A stretch of DNA of 64,000 nt. Source: Octopus bimaculoides. Taxonomy: Eukaryota. The position numbers and the translations under genes were made by a program. This document shows positions 49,801 to 59,108 of the stretch, piece by piece. A model generated the notes under the pieces. It made no database searches. It worked only from the letters and a program-made list of their open reading frames with translations, and had not been told where the DNA came from. The DNA lies in assembly GCF_001194135.2 (NCBI RefSeq), contig NC_068981.1, positions 52,732,467 to 52,796,466 on the forward strand. Reading direction: 5' to 3'. Each line of letters begins with the position of its first letter. The stretch's first letter is position 1.

Positions 49801-51188
49801 AGAATAATCTGAATGCTAAAGATTAAAAATTTTCCAGAAAAACCATGTAGAAGTAGAGTGACCAAGTGTATCATATTAAATATCCACATGTAATGGGTTC
49901 ATATTCACTGCAGAGATGTCGCAGTGTTTTGGACTGAACACTATAATGTCATAGTCTAGTCGCCAATAAATATATACCAAATTGTTTGGGAATGCTGCCT
50001 GATATATACATCTGCTATGTGCTTTCATATAAAAGTGGAGTTAATTCTCAGGAATGTCTAAGGTTTAAAGTGTGTTCTAAATTTAGCAGTTTGGCAAAAG
50101 AGATCGATAGAATAAGTACTATGCTTGCAAAGAATAAGTCCTGGGGTTGATTTGCTCGACTAAAAGGTGGTGCTCCAGCGAGGCCACAGTCGAATGACTG
50201 AAACAAGTAAAAGAGTAAAGAGTGTGAACTCACTAACATAAAAAGTATTTTTTTATTTTAAATGATAAAAAGAAAAGAATTACCAATTTAACTTGATAAG
50301 GAAGTCCAAAACATCTAGCATAAGCTTCTGGAGGTGGATAATTTGGATCCTCTTGAGTTGTAGCTGCTGCACAAACAGCTTCTCTAGATTCAGGACTGAA
50401 ATAAATAGACTAATTGTAACAAAAGCATAGCTAAAAATTCATCTTTAATTATATGTTTTAGGAGATTTGCATAACATATAATTTGAAACAAAATTAGCTG
50501 AAAATCTATTTGTATAAATTACATCAGTTATACAATCTAGGAGGAGTTATTGTTAACTTGATTAAGTGAAAAGCTATACAGGGTAAACATTTTCTACAAA
50601 GCTCCCTTAAGCTTATAAAGCATCAAAACAAATCTAAAAGCTAACCCTGTAGTTTAATGTTTTCTTTGCTGCTTTTTTTTTTTTTTTTGTAAATTATATT
50701 GAATTATTATTTGTTAATCATAAACTTACTGAGTACCAGCAGCCATTTTGACAGCTGCAGATGCAGGTGCAATAAGTTCCTGGCGGGCTACCAAGCTCAT
50801 GATGATAGCTTGATATTCTGCTCTGAATATAGGAGAATGTGCAAGGAGCCTGACTTCTTTTTTCTTTGCATGGCACACCCCACCTGTAATTGGACATATA
50901 AATTTGTTTTACTTATAAATTAAATTGAACAAAAAATTAACATGGCATTAATTAAAACCAGGGCTGTAGAGTCGAAACAAAAAACTTCAAATCCGGCTCC
51001 TCTGACTCCGACTCCTCTATGTAATTAAGTGATTGTGGTCTATTTTACCAACTCCAACTACCTCTTAATTGTTTCCGACTCCGACTCCACAGCCCTGATT
51101 AAAACTCAAAGAAATTCAATTTATTATAGTAAAAAATAGAAAAAAGAAAATGGTTTATTTACATCAGTGGTATTTCCACCAGAAACAT
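5704..51188 (-). CDS. KMT2E: KMT2E/MLL5-SETD5 (UpSET-like) PHD + SET chromatin regulator; 28 coding exons, about 2042 aa
   Basis: Hand-assembled GT-AG exon chain with consistent phases, 6129 nt total, ending in TAA at 5706-5704. Contains GLPYQDHNY, PHD ([30 protein letters not shown]), SET ([24 protein letters not shown]), [27 protein letters not shown] and [12 protein letters not shown], all recognisable from vertebrate KMT2E/SETD5. Confidence 0.95.
7499..8065 (-). CDS. KMT2E: Coding exon 27: Pro/Gln-rich
   Basis: In frame with ORF 7473-8063; AG/GTAAGT bounded. Confidence 0.92.
9775..10330 (-). mobile_element. RTE 3'-UTR-derived fragment with purine-rich extension
   Basis: Similar to the 3676 and 60733 copies. 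Confidence 0.55.
11300..11545 (-). mobile_element. SINE copy
   Basis: Reverse complement of head, core and TG tract. Confidence 0.75.
11850..11960 (-). CDS. KMT2E: Coding exon 26: first polyproline exon
   Basis: Phase 1-1; tandem donors at 11856 and 11850. Confidence 0.85.
12677..12790 (-). CDS. KMT2E: Coding exon 25: EHRDKK...[12 protein letters not shown]
   Basis: Phase 1-1, AG/GTATGA bounded. Confidence 0.88.
13221..13448. mobile_element. Diverged piggyBac-like MITE
   Basis: ttag-ccctttcattacc...gtaacaaaaagg-ttaa. Confidence 0.55.
13742..13934 (-). CDS. KMT2E: Coding exon 24: VSLLEYRKR...
   Basis: Completes the conserved [12 protein letters not shown] motif across a 14.8-kb intron. Confidence 0.95.
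16062..17650. repeat. Inverted pair of about 250-bp repeat copies flanking the 861-N gap
   Basis: 16062-16310 aligns to the reverse complement of 17406-17650 at roughly 75-80% identity (by eye). Confidence 0.8.
16535..17395. other. Assembly gap
   Basis: N-run. Other gaps lie at 12120-12129, 19639-20314, 45468-45866 and 62405-62675. Confidence 1.
18749..18815. repeat. (TA)n microsatellite
   Basis: Direct inspection. Confidence 0.95.
20429..20574. repeat. 146-bp imperfect palindrome
   Basis: ctacagaaacccactttttcgactgc...gcagtcaaaaaggtgggtttctatag around a 10-nt loop. Confidence 0.85.
21142..21567. mobile_element. Foldback/MITE-like element with about 106-bp inverted arms
   Basis: 21142-21247 is about 90% reverse-complementary to 21460-21567; the interior contains (CCCTAA)3. 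Confidence 0.75.
22990..23520 (+). mobile_element. Degenerate RTE LINE fragment
   Basis: CTQCKL...C zinc-knuckle-like segment and [11 protein letters not shown]. Confidence 0.75.
24835..24955 (-). mobile_element. SINE 5' half
   Basis: ccaaatccactcacaaagctttggtc...cccaaggtgccatgcagtgg. Confidence 0.8.
28784..29959 (-). CDS. KMT2E: Coding exon 23: 392-aa acidic Ser/Thr-rich disordered region ending APSKKK
   Basis: In frame with ORF 28751-29950; tttccag acceptor, GTGAGT donor. Confidence 0.93.
30164..30524. mobile_element. Palindromic head-to-head dimer of a tRNA-derived SINE-like unit with a hammerhead-like tail
   Basis: 21-bp perfect terminal inverted match (30164-30184 / 30504-30524); symmetry centre at 30364/30365; A-box TGGCGTAGTGG and B-box GAGTTCGATTCC in the right arm. 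Confidence 0.85.
30208..30254 (-). ncRNA. Decayed minimal type-I hammerhead ribozyme motif
   Basis: ggacac-CTGATGA-a-ggct(N12)agct-GAAAC-ATT-gtt. The core boxes are present, but G16.2 is mutated and stem I is weak. Confidence 0.55.
30585..30793 (-). CDS. KMT2E: Coding exon 22: [15 protein letters not shown]...
   Basis: Contains the TPLKKRR motif; AG/GT bounded. Confidence 0.94.
30899..31049 (-). CDS. KMT2E: Coding exon 21: RWLRQAM...
   Basis: Completes the SAKKRWLRQA motif. Confidence 0.94.
31362..31562 (-). CDS. KMT2E: Coding exon 20: MSEWL...GSAKK
   Basis: EWL and GSAKK motifs; 201 nt, phase 0-0. Confidence 0.94.
31724..32060 (-). CDS. KMT2E: Coding exon 19: RRSRVNS...FKFKTKK
   Basis: Ends in KTKK as in vertebrates; GTATGT donor. 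Confidence 0.92.
32268..32303 (-). CDS. KMT2E: Coding exon 18: [11 protein letters not shown]
   Basis: 36 nt, phase 2-2, strong polypyrimidine acceptor. Confidence 0.8.
32438..32520 (-). CDS. KMT2E: Coding exon 17: ESPEDEEK...KPPST
   Basis: AG/GTAAGC bounded, frame continuous. Confidence 0.87.
33210..33338 (-). CDS. KMT2E: Coding exon 16: conserved coiled coil [21 protein letters not shown]
   Basis: Near-identical to the KMT2E/SETD5 motif. Confidence 0.97.
33846..34403 (-). CDS. KMT2E: Coding exon 15: Ser/Pro/Ala-rich region ending PPRKM
   Basis: 558 nt, phase 0-0; RKM abuts TREERKM as in vertebrates. Confidence 0.92.
36000..36460 (-). mobile_element. Highly degenerate RTE-like fragment
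   Basis: Weak similarity to the CxxC and downstream segment of the other RTE copies. Confidence 0.35.
37482..37695 (-). CDS. KMT2E: Coding exon 14: Ala-rich linker
   Basis: ttcag acceptor, GTAAGG donor; in frame with ORF 37470-37655. Confidence 0.88.
37788..37868 (-). CDS. KMT2E: Coding exon 13: post-SET-like [11 protein letters not shown]
   Basis: Matches vertebrate DCAC...CP; phases 2-2. Confidence 0.93.
38441..38550 (-). CDS. KMT2E: Coding exon 12: SET C-part ([11 protein letters not shown])
   Basis: Matches vertebrate KGTEITIAFDF; GTGAGT donor. Confidence 0.96.
39110..39420 (+). mobile_element. Possible highly decayed mariner transposase C-terminal fragment
   Basis: CWKTLKQ...SP...CIFG resembles WETLEHPPYSPD..FHIFG, and a downstream W..QP-like remnant follows. 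The match is weak. Confidence 0.25.
39614..39731 (-). CDS. KMT2E: Coding exon 11: SET core ([22 protein letters not shown])
   Basis: The RRSC variant of the NHSC motif is diagnostic of the KMT2E/SETD5 family. Confidence 0.97.
39863..39963 (-). CDS. KMT2E: Coding exon 10: SET domain N-part ([21 protein letters not shown])
   Basis: EYVG matches the SET EYxG motif; AG/GT bounded. Confidence 0.93.
40454..40531 (-). CDS. KMT2E: Coding exon 9: ...LQKNKK (pre-SET)
   Basis: QKNKK matches vertebrate HIQKNKK; GTAAGT donor. Confidence 0.92.
40774..41168 (+). mobile_element. Full-length tRNA-derived SINE (major family in this window)
   Basis: A-box and B-box head (TGGCTGCGTGG, GGGTTCAGTCCC), conserved core ccttgggcaagtgtcttctactatagcc..., internal (TA/TG)n and gagtaaaa tail; several related copies in the window. 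Confidence 0.9.
41241..41358 (-). CDS. KMT2E: Coding exon 8: KSMVQEHEK...VNGQM
   Basis: 118 nt, GTAAGT donor, frame continuous. Confidence 0.85.
41490..41563 (-). CDS. KMT2E: Coding exon 7: AARKVQISS...GPWNISA
   Basis: AG/GTAAGT bounded; its phase-2 end fits exon 8. Confidence 0.85.
41662..41700 (-). CDS. KMT2E: Coding exon 6: [13 protein letters not shown]
   Basis: 39 nt, phase 0-0, strong acceptor and GTAAGT donor. Confidence 0.8.
42312..42493 (-). CDS. KMT2E: Coding exon 5: DTSATDTD plus Lys-rich (NLS-like) segment
   Basis: DTSAT matches vertebrate GDTSATES; ccag acceptor, GTAACT donor. Confidence 0.92.
44928..45160 (+). mobile_element. Second tRNA-derived SINE family copy
   Basis: Head tagcccagtggttagg...ggttttgattccc followed by core caagacacttcatttcatgttgctccagtcc. 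Confidence 0.6.
45278..46080 (+). mobile_element. 3'-terminal RTE-clade LINE fragment (spans a gap)
   Basis: [14 protein letters not shown]...[10 protein letters not shown]-terminal motif, 3' UTR and (GAT)n tail; CpGs retained, so the copy looks young. Confidence 0.92.
48065..48290 (+). mobile_element. SINE 3' half
   Basis: Matches 40970-41160 (ttgcttgactaa...aatgact...gtaaaaga). Confidence 0.65.
48881..49017 (-). CDS. KMT2E: Coding exon 4: second half of PHD finger
   Basis: [30 protein letters not shown]...; 137 nt, phases 2 to 1. Confidence 0.97.
49201..49424 (-). CDS. KMT2E: Coding exon 3: DHNY HCF-1 motif, PPPTPP, first half of PHD finger
   Basis: [18 protein letters not shown]...[20 protein letters not shown]; AG/GT bounded, 224 nt. 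Confidence 0.97.
49618..49826. mobile_element. piggyBac-like MITE
   Basis: TTAA-ccctttagcattca...tgaatgctaaaga-TTAA. Confidence 0.85.
50050..50222 (+). mobile_element. SINE 3' half
   Basis: gaataagtcctggggttgatttgctcgactaaa...gactgaaacaagtaaaagagtaaag. Confidence 0.8.
50293..50395 (-). CDS. KMT2E: Coding exon 2: [11 protein letters not shown]...FGLPYQ
   Basis: ttcag acceptor. PES..EA and GLPY match the KMT2E N-terminus. An alternative in-frame donor lies at 50284. Confidence 0.88.
50959..51097. mobile_element. hAT MITE with CCGACT subterminal repeats
   Basis: TIRs cagggctgtagagtcg / cgactccacagccctg; perfect 8-bp TSD attaaaac. Confidence 0.92.
51163..51188 (-). CDS. KMT2E: Coding exon 1 (putative start): MFLVEIPL; whole exon 51163-51201
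   Basis: T-rich AG acceptor at 51202-51203 and GTAAAT donor. ATG at 51188 gives the phase-2 end that exon 2 needs. IPL resembles vertebrate MSIVIPL. Confidence 0.5.
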
Positions 51189-51368
51189 GAACAGTAATTA
51201 GCTAAAAAACAAACAAAACAAAGCAAAAAAAAAAAAAAGCCCCAGTCGTGATACAAGACAGGCACATATTAGGAGACACTAAGAGTGATCTAAAATGCAA
51301 CTAAACCTAAAATTTGTGAAAAACTGACTTAGATGTATTATAAAATTTGCAACTCTTTAAATTTTCAT

Positions 51369-51587
51369 TTAACTCTTTAGCATTTAAACTGGCTATATCC
51401 AACCCAAATATTCTACCTGTTTTACACTCAAATCAGCCAGATCCCATCTATCACACCAACCCCAAAATGTCATTCTAAAAATATACATTCAGATCATCAA
51501 AATCTTGAAGCTACAAGATAATACATGATTATTCAAGAATAAACAAGCATTACATTTGATAAAATAATCTGAATGTTAAAGGGTTAA
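51369..51587. mobile_element. piggyBac-like MITE (same family as 49618)
   Basis: TTAA-ctctttagcattta...tgaatgttaaaggg-TTAA; internal similarity to the 49618 copy. Confidence 0.85.
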
Positions 51588-51739
51588 CATATCTAATCCT
51601 ACAGATAATCACTGATTCCCAAAACATATGCTACAAGACAATAGTAGATGTGATAACAAAAGATTTTTAACTGTTGCAACTTTCTTTAGAATTTACATAA
51701 ACCCAAATGGGTTTATTTATATATAGCTAAACTGCACAC

Positions 51740-52420
51740 TTATGGGCTTCATCCATCTTTCGTTCCTTTGAACCAGGAGATTCCTGTCAGACTACACCGT
51801 TGCGACATGTACTGATGGAACACTCTAACATACACTACCCAAAGGATCAGTTTTGACACACTCCTTAACAACAACCTATTTGTTGTCACCAACAACAACA
51901 TCAACACCTTATGTAGATGGTACCTTCTTGCATTTCTCCATAACATTCTGCAACCAAATGTCATCTACATGTTAATTGTTGAAGCCAGCCTGCACTGACT
52001 CCATGATCAAGGACCTTGAACATATCTTCCAATGGAGTTATGTCAACCTTGCCTCCTTTAAGAACACAAAGAAACAATTACTACACATGTAGAGAAAACA
52101 CTGCACCCTACCACTCTGAATATGAATAGCTTTCAACTAGAGCTCACCAAGTCACTATAAGTGCTAGGTTTCACTGAAGATCTCTCAGTAAAAACTGTCC
52201 TACCATTTCAGACATAAATTCCTTCAGTCTTGGTCAACTATTAACCCTCTACCAAGCTAAAGTGAGACCCAAAATAGAATACTGCTCTCACATCTATTGT
52301 ATGTATGCGGATTTCCTAAACTACATTCAAAGAAAGGCCATCCAACAAACTGCTTTCTTTCTTTAACACTTCTATCGCAACCATTATGGCTTCTGCTCCT
52401 CAGAGTTTGTTAATCTTGTA
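51740..52420 (+). mobile_element. CR1/L2/Jockey-like LINE RT fragment, degenerate
   Basis: PKGSVL, DSMIKDLEHIFQW and LLTLYQAKVRPKIEYCSHI remnants. Confidence 0.8.
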
Positions 52421-53726
52421 CTGCTTTCATTCATGCATGCTTGACTCACTCACCTCTCTAGTCACCCATATTGTGTCCACTATCTTAGGCCCACCACAAA
52501 CTACTATGCTTAGTTCACCCCTCCTTTAAAAATTCCCTCCTTGCAACCATTCAAGAAAAACAGTAAGTTGAACTGAGAAAAAGAAAGAAATGTCATTGCT
52601 GCTGAAAATGGTAAATTATTCAGGTACCACAAATCGATTTGTGCTAATTTAAAAATAATGACACACATAACAAAATTTTAAGGTAGACAAAAGCAGAGAC
52701 AGAGACTGGAGTGTGTTGGTGAGTGATTTTATGCCAATTAGTCAGGTGTTTTCTTTTTTATGCAGTACAGGCAACTGTATATTTAGCAACAACACCATCT
52801 CAGATGTGTGGGCAGTATTCCACTATGTGTCTCACTTAAACTTTGCAGAAAGTTATCTAATGACAAAGAATAATTTTCTGGTCTTGAAAAAGCAAGCTGA
52901 TCTTAGCTGTGCTAAGGATATGAGATCTCCAAGAGAGATCACCAGTGAAGGTGACTCTAGCATATAGCAATTTTGGGGGCTTTCTTTTCATATTGTTCAT
53001 GTTAAAGATGGGCATGAGATTGTTTTCTTGATATATATATATATTTTTTAAAAATAAGTGCATTTTCAAACCTTCTTTCATATATATATATATATATAGA
53101 TTGTGTCCTTGTGCTATTGAATGAGACATGGATGACACAATACTTTTGGAGATGTTTCTGCAGTCTATATTCATAAAGACAATGTAGATTTAGTATGATG
53201 TCTGAGTTTAGATGATACTGGGAAGAAGGATAAGGAAGAGCGATGAGTGATACCATCAGTTTAGAAGTATTGTTGGCAGTGGTAGCCAGTATATTGTGAT
53301 GTACAAGTGATGAACTAATTACTTTCACAGTCCTTTGTCTTTAGCACATCATCCCTCAGAAATTCCCTCCCATCCTATATTTTTCTTGCAAGCTGTCAAC
53401 TTGCAATCATTTATGAACATCAGTCACATTGGTTACACTAGTTTTTTAGAATCTGCAAAGGCCTTTTTTTTTTGTGTGTCAGACTTAACAATACACACAC
53501 ATGAAGGATTTGAAGAAAGAAAGCAAAAGCTGAAAGAACCCTTGGTTAGTCTTGGATAGAGAGAAAGATTATAGTTGATGATTATGACAAGTGGGAAAGC
53601 AAATGGAGGAGCAGAGAGAAAATGAGGAGCAGAGAGAAAATGAGGAGTTTTATGACAGCCTGTCAAAGGCTGGAGATCTAGTTTGTGGCTGATGCATAGT
53701 TCCAGTATAACATATGATGTGGTGGT

Positions 53727-54292
53727 GAAATAGTACTGAAGATAGTGCCATAAAAGTACTGTAGATAGTGTCATAATAGTACTGTAGTGGGTAGCGATTT
53801 TCTTCACTACTTCAGGGAGTGATGAACCTGCCTGTCACGAGTCCCGGGCTCAGCTGGCTCCAGCTGACAGTACCCGGTATGGGCCCCTATCCAGGGTTAC
53901 AGAAAGGAGACAACCATCAAAGAGATCCAGAGTGGAGCCCTGTAGGTGGTTTAGTGTTTGATTCGACACTCTTACGCCAGCTCCTGCAACCAAGCTGGTG
54001 TCAAATGTAATGCTCTACACTCCTTTGGACTACGTCAGCAAGGTTGAGAGAGGAATCCTGATGGTTGGGCTACCCAGGATTTTCTTACATCTATCCCAGG
54101 CCTGTGCAAAACTGGAGAGGACATGAAATGTAAAAACCAGACTGGATTAGTTTGTCTAATCCAGTCCATTATCTCCAGAGACAAAAGGATGCCAACAACA
54201 AGTACTGTAGATAGTGCCATAATAGTACTGAAGACAGTGCCACAATAGTACTGAAGACAATGCCACAATAATACTGAAGGTAGTGTCATAAA
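53727..54292 (+). repeat. 23-bp minisatellite (AATAGTACTGAAGAYAGTGCCAY) split 3+4 units by an insertion of about 400 bp
   Basis: Units at about 53727-53790 and 54200-54292. Confidence 0.75.
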
Positions 54293-54439
54293 AGCCGAGA
54301 AATATAGTTGGAAAGATTGGAAGAAAGAAGACAGTGGCATATATTATCAAAGCACTAGAAGAAAAGCTAGCTGTCAATATACTTGGGTGGGGGAAGAAAT
54401 TTATACATGTTGTATGACATAAGGATTAGTGGCACAAGA

Positions 54440-56230
54440 TGTTTAGAATTATATGACAGTGTACTAGAGAGCATCAAGAGGTCATTAAAGAGGCATACAG
54501 AATGATAATAGCATACTTGCATTGATATTAAGAAATATAGATGAGAGAATCAATTCCAAGTACGTAACAGAGGGACCAGCCATTCAAGTTCACAGTGGAA
54601 TGGTAGATAGAGCAATTAAGGAAAAGACAGGGAAGGCTCATGACCCACCAGGAATTACAGTTGAGATGCTTAAAATAACTGGCAAAGCAGGGCATGAGAT
54701 AGTCATCCACAGAGTCAATGAGGTAATATAGGAAATTGTTATACCAAATGACTGGTGTAGCAGCATTGTCAGTTGCTACAAGGGTTAAAGGAGGAACAAG
54801 TGCACTGCTTCTTAAACACTTTTCTTTAAATACTATCTTTTATTTTACTAATACTTTACCAACCCCTCTTGCTACAACTGAACAAAATTAAATACACCAC
54901 AAAAATTGCTAAGAAGATGATCACCACTAAAAAGACTACTAGTACAGAAATCATTCTATCAATATGGAATGTCAAAACAACATTTGAAGCAATTAATATT
55001 ACAAGCTAATTCACACTCAGAATAAAACTTGAAAATATTTTTGAAAATCAGAGCAATTAAAAGATGCATCCATTACTCCTCTACAGTCCCTTGTACTCAT
55101 ATCAAGTTTTCCACTGGCACCCACTGGAAGGAGGTCCCACCCATTTTGAGAAGAATTGCACTAGAGAAAGGAAATTACAGAGGTACAAATTGATGGGTCT
55201 AGTTATCAAAGTTGCATAAAGAGTTACAGATCAGTTGATTAGAATTAACCTAGATGAAATACAATTTGGCACTGTGCTAGGAAAAGAGCTTAGTTAAGTG
55301 TAAGCTACTGTAATTAGCATTTGCAGACCCATAGAATGCTTTTGGAAGGGTTCCACACTCTGTAATCTGTTGGTCCCTAAAGAGGCTAGGGGTAGAGGAT
55401 TAGCTGGTGACTGCTGTACAAACCATGTAGAGAGCTATCATCAGCAAGGTGAGAATAAGCAGTGAGTATAGCAACAAATTTACTTTGAAGGTAGGGGTTA
55501 TCCAATCCTCTAAGCCATAACAGAAGTATTTAAGACTGGTTATCCATAAAAACTATATGTTGAAATGACTTTGTCTTCATAACTCAATCTGTAATAGGAT
55601 TAGAAAGGAAATTCCATACTTTACTAGCAAAACCTAGATCAAGAGGCCTCAAAGAAAACTTAGCAAAGATTAGTTAGGAATTTCACACAGTATACCCAGT
55701 GTAAAGTATGGACATGCAAGATGGAATTGAATCAAAGATTCACAAAGGTAATAAGCAGAAGGGAAACATTATTTCAAGCGCTCAGAAGGCTCCCTAGCAG
55801 TAGCTGATAGCTTCTGTTACTTAGGTGACCGAATTATAAGTGGAGGTGGGTGTTCCAAAAGTACAGTAGTAATAACAGGCTGGAAAAAAGTTGTAGTACT
55901 GCTCAAAAATGAAGGCAGTTGATCAGTGAAGAGTACAAAGAAATTAATTTAGCATGCTCAGGTGAGCATGTAATATTAGAGTGTATGAATAATTAATAGA
56001 AATGAGCTGAGAGTAATCTGATGTAGGATACAAGAGAGAAGACTGCACAGGAAATACATATAGAGGATGGCATTATTAAGAAATGCAGGGTGCTCAGAGT
56101 TGATGGAACATGTAGAAGAGAGAGGCCTAGGAAGACTTGAGACGAAGAGATGAAGACTGATCTAAAGGTTCTGAGCCTCACAAAGATGACAAATGACTGA
56201 CATGATTGGCTACATGAATGGAGAATACTT
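54440..56230 (+). mobile_element. Old degenerate RTE LINE RT region, interrupted by a MITE
   Basis: KTGKAHDPPGITVEMLK, PNDW...CYKG, GNYRG, FCYLGD and RPRKTW-like remnants. Confidence 0.85.
54803..55158. mobile_element. Degenerate hAT-like MITE nested in the RTE
   Basis: Splits the RTE CYKG...LEKGNYRG segment; ends resemble cagtgcttctcaaa / tttgagaaccactg. Confidence 0.5.
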
Positions 56231-58913
56231 GCAAACATGGAAAAACAACAACCTTTTTATCCTTAACCCTTTTCTGTCTATTATACTATGCTATCAGTGT
56301 AATTGCAGATGGCACTAGATCTTTCAATCCATGCATCTCACATTTTGCTACTCCAGTACCATGCTATCTTTGAAACAAGTAATACAACTGGAACTATCTG
56401 TTTTTGATCCTCCCCTGCCACCATCTTTACCACTCTACCTATTTTGCCCACCATGAGGTCTAAGTATAAAATATAGGATCAGAGCTGCTTGTACTTGATA
56501 CACTCTTCCATCACTTAATTTACAATTGTCTACCTTCTATTATCATTCTCTCTCCCCTTTCACCTTCATCACTCTGTTACTATCCACCTAACAAATGGAT
56601 CCACCTAACAAATGGATACATCATAAAGTAGAGAGGAAGAAAACTCAAAAAGCATCTGCACCTTCCCACTTAACAATAAGATATTATTAACCACAATGTA
56701 AAATAGCATAAAATTTGCATTGAACTACCTAGAACTTCACTATAATTATACTGTGAAGTGTGTGAGTTATGAGGAGTTGATATGCATCAAAAGGAAGAGT
56801 TTAATGTTTCAGAGTTTGTGCATGTATGTGTGTGCTTGAGTGAATGAGAGAGCTTTTGCAATTGATGAATTTGAGGAAGTACTCTGGTTTTAGTGAAGTC
56901 ATGATCAAGGTTTAGATCTAGATGGATTAGACTATTATAGATGTATTGTTGTTAGAAATGACAGTGCTTTCTATCTGTACTAGGATGTAGTTAATGGTAA
57001 CTACATTTGAAGATTATTCCTTAAAATAACAGTAAAGAAACAAACTTAATACATGAAAGTAGAACTCAATTTTATTGCTTATTGAATTCTGGGTGGTGCC
57101 AGTAGTTTGGAACTTGAGCTCTGACAAATAAACGTAAAATAATATTCTCTTGCAGAGATCAAGCAACTAGCTCTCTGGATGAGAAGTGATAGTTATCATA
57201 ATACCACCTCCATCATTTTGCCTTACATGCATCATTTATTGAAATCATTTTCAGTAAGTTATCAAATTGAAAAATCATGGGCCAGCAACATTGCTTTAGT
57301 GAATAAGGCTTGTTAGATGCATACTTATCCAGGATAATCTCCCTGCAATATTAGATGCTCAGAAACCTCTAACATTGCAGAAAGGTATTAAAAAAAAATA
57401 CCATACAGTATTGGATAATAATTGTTCTATACCAAATGATAGTAACTGAATGAGGCATTAAAATATGTACATGACAGGAAAGTGTTCTTTACTTTCACCA
57501 TAACTGAAATATTGCTGGAGACTGCTCACAATTATTGATGTGATATAAGTGTATAGAGTTAGGATTATAATAGCCAATAAAATTGTTTTAATATATAAAG
57601 CCTTACTGATGAACTATATAGCATAATTATTGTTAATGTAGATAAGTTCAATCACATGGCATGACATCTCAGATGTCTTTTATCACAGCCTTGGAATAAA
57701 AATACCTTACGAGAGCAATTTGGAAAATACTTTCTCCTCCAGTTTCTGTAGGAAACAGTTTCAATCAATTTGGTGTTTCTGACAAGCTCTTTTAAAGGAG
57801 AGAGTGTGGTCTAAGGTTACTCCAAAGCAGAGTGGGTACAGTGCTCCACCAGGGATCAAAATAGAAATGTTTATATTGCAATCACTGTCAAATAATACTT
57901 GGTATTGCCTGTGAATTTTACCTTCACATCAAAAAAAGTCAGTAATGATTTGGAAAACAGAAACTGTAGTAAAGCCTAATGTGTGTATGGATGTCTTTTG
58001 CGGACCTACAATTGTAAAAGATATCATTTTCATCATCACCATCTAGCTTCCATGCTGGTATAGGTTGGATGACTTGATAAGGTCTGAGGAGTTGGTGAAC
58101 TTAATTATGCACTTTCTATTTTGGTAGGGTTTCTTTGTCTGAATGCTTTTTCTAATGCCAACCACTTTACAAAGTGTACAGGGTGCTTTTTCTTGGCACC
58201 AGCACTTATGATGATTGCCTTGTATCTAGCAAGATTAAGATATAAATATACACACTCACACACATATACATATTAGGTGCATGCATGGCTGTGTGGAAAA
58301 GAAGTCTCCACATACCTCTGCATTCAGGGCCAGTGCATACACTCTTATCAGTAAAGCAGTGACTAGCCTATTGGAAACCTGTATCTAATAATGTTATTGT
58401 TACTTACAACCTTCCAAACTACACAAATTACTATATAAAATAAATAGACAAATCATAAGCCAGATACAATACAAAATATTGACAAGGCAATACAGAAAAT
58501 ATTTGTGAAAATATGAAAAGAAAGAGTGGAAATGAACCACTTTCAGCCAAGTTGATGAGACAATGCACATTTGATCTATAATAGCAATATAAACTAATTG
58601 ATAGCATAAAATGGTATAACATTCATAACCACTGTTTTATGTATTTTAAAAATACACAAGATCCATTAAAAATACTACTACCAACTTTTTGGTGATAGGA
58701 TGCCAAACTATGAATCTAAAAATCATGAATTCAATACTTGCTATCTTGCTCTGAGGCAAATGAATTGAGTTTACATACTGAAACTCAGCCAACTTCTATG
58801 TTTACTATATATGGTTTTGTAATATTGACAATAAAACTAATTACTTATATTGTAACATTGACCATAAAATTAATAAATAACTTTGTAGTATTAATTATAA
58901 AACAATGTATCCT

Positions 58914-59108
58914 TTAACCCTTTGCCTGTCCTAAACAACCACACTTGTTTTTCATGCTTTTAGTTATCCCTTGTATTATACATTTCAGGTAATACAAAGC
59001 TTTCCTTACATAAGTTCCAAGATACTCTTCAGATGGTCGAAAAAGATTGGGAATATGTATGATATGCAATGCATGGACGTCAGATACACAGGACAGGAAA
59101 AGGGTTAA
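58914..59108. mobile_element. piggyBac-like MITE (different family)
   Basis: TTAA-ccctttgcctgtcct...aggacaggaaaaggg-TTAA. Confidence 0.82.

Noticed and set aside
53727-54292. CRISPR-like 23-bp repeats
   Set aside because: Units are contiguous with no unique spacers and the context is eukaryotic. It is a minisatellite.
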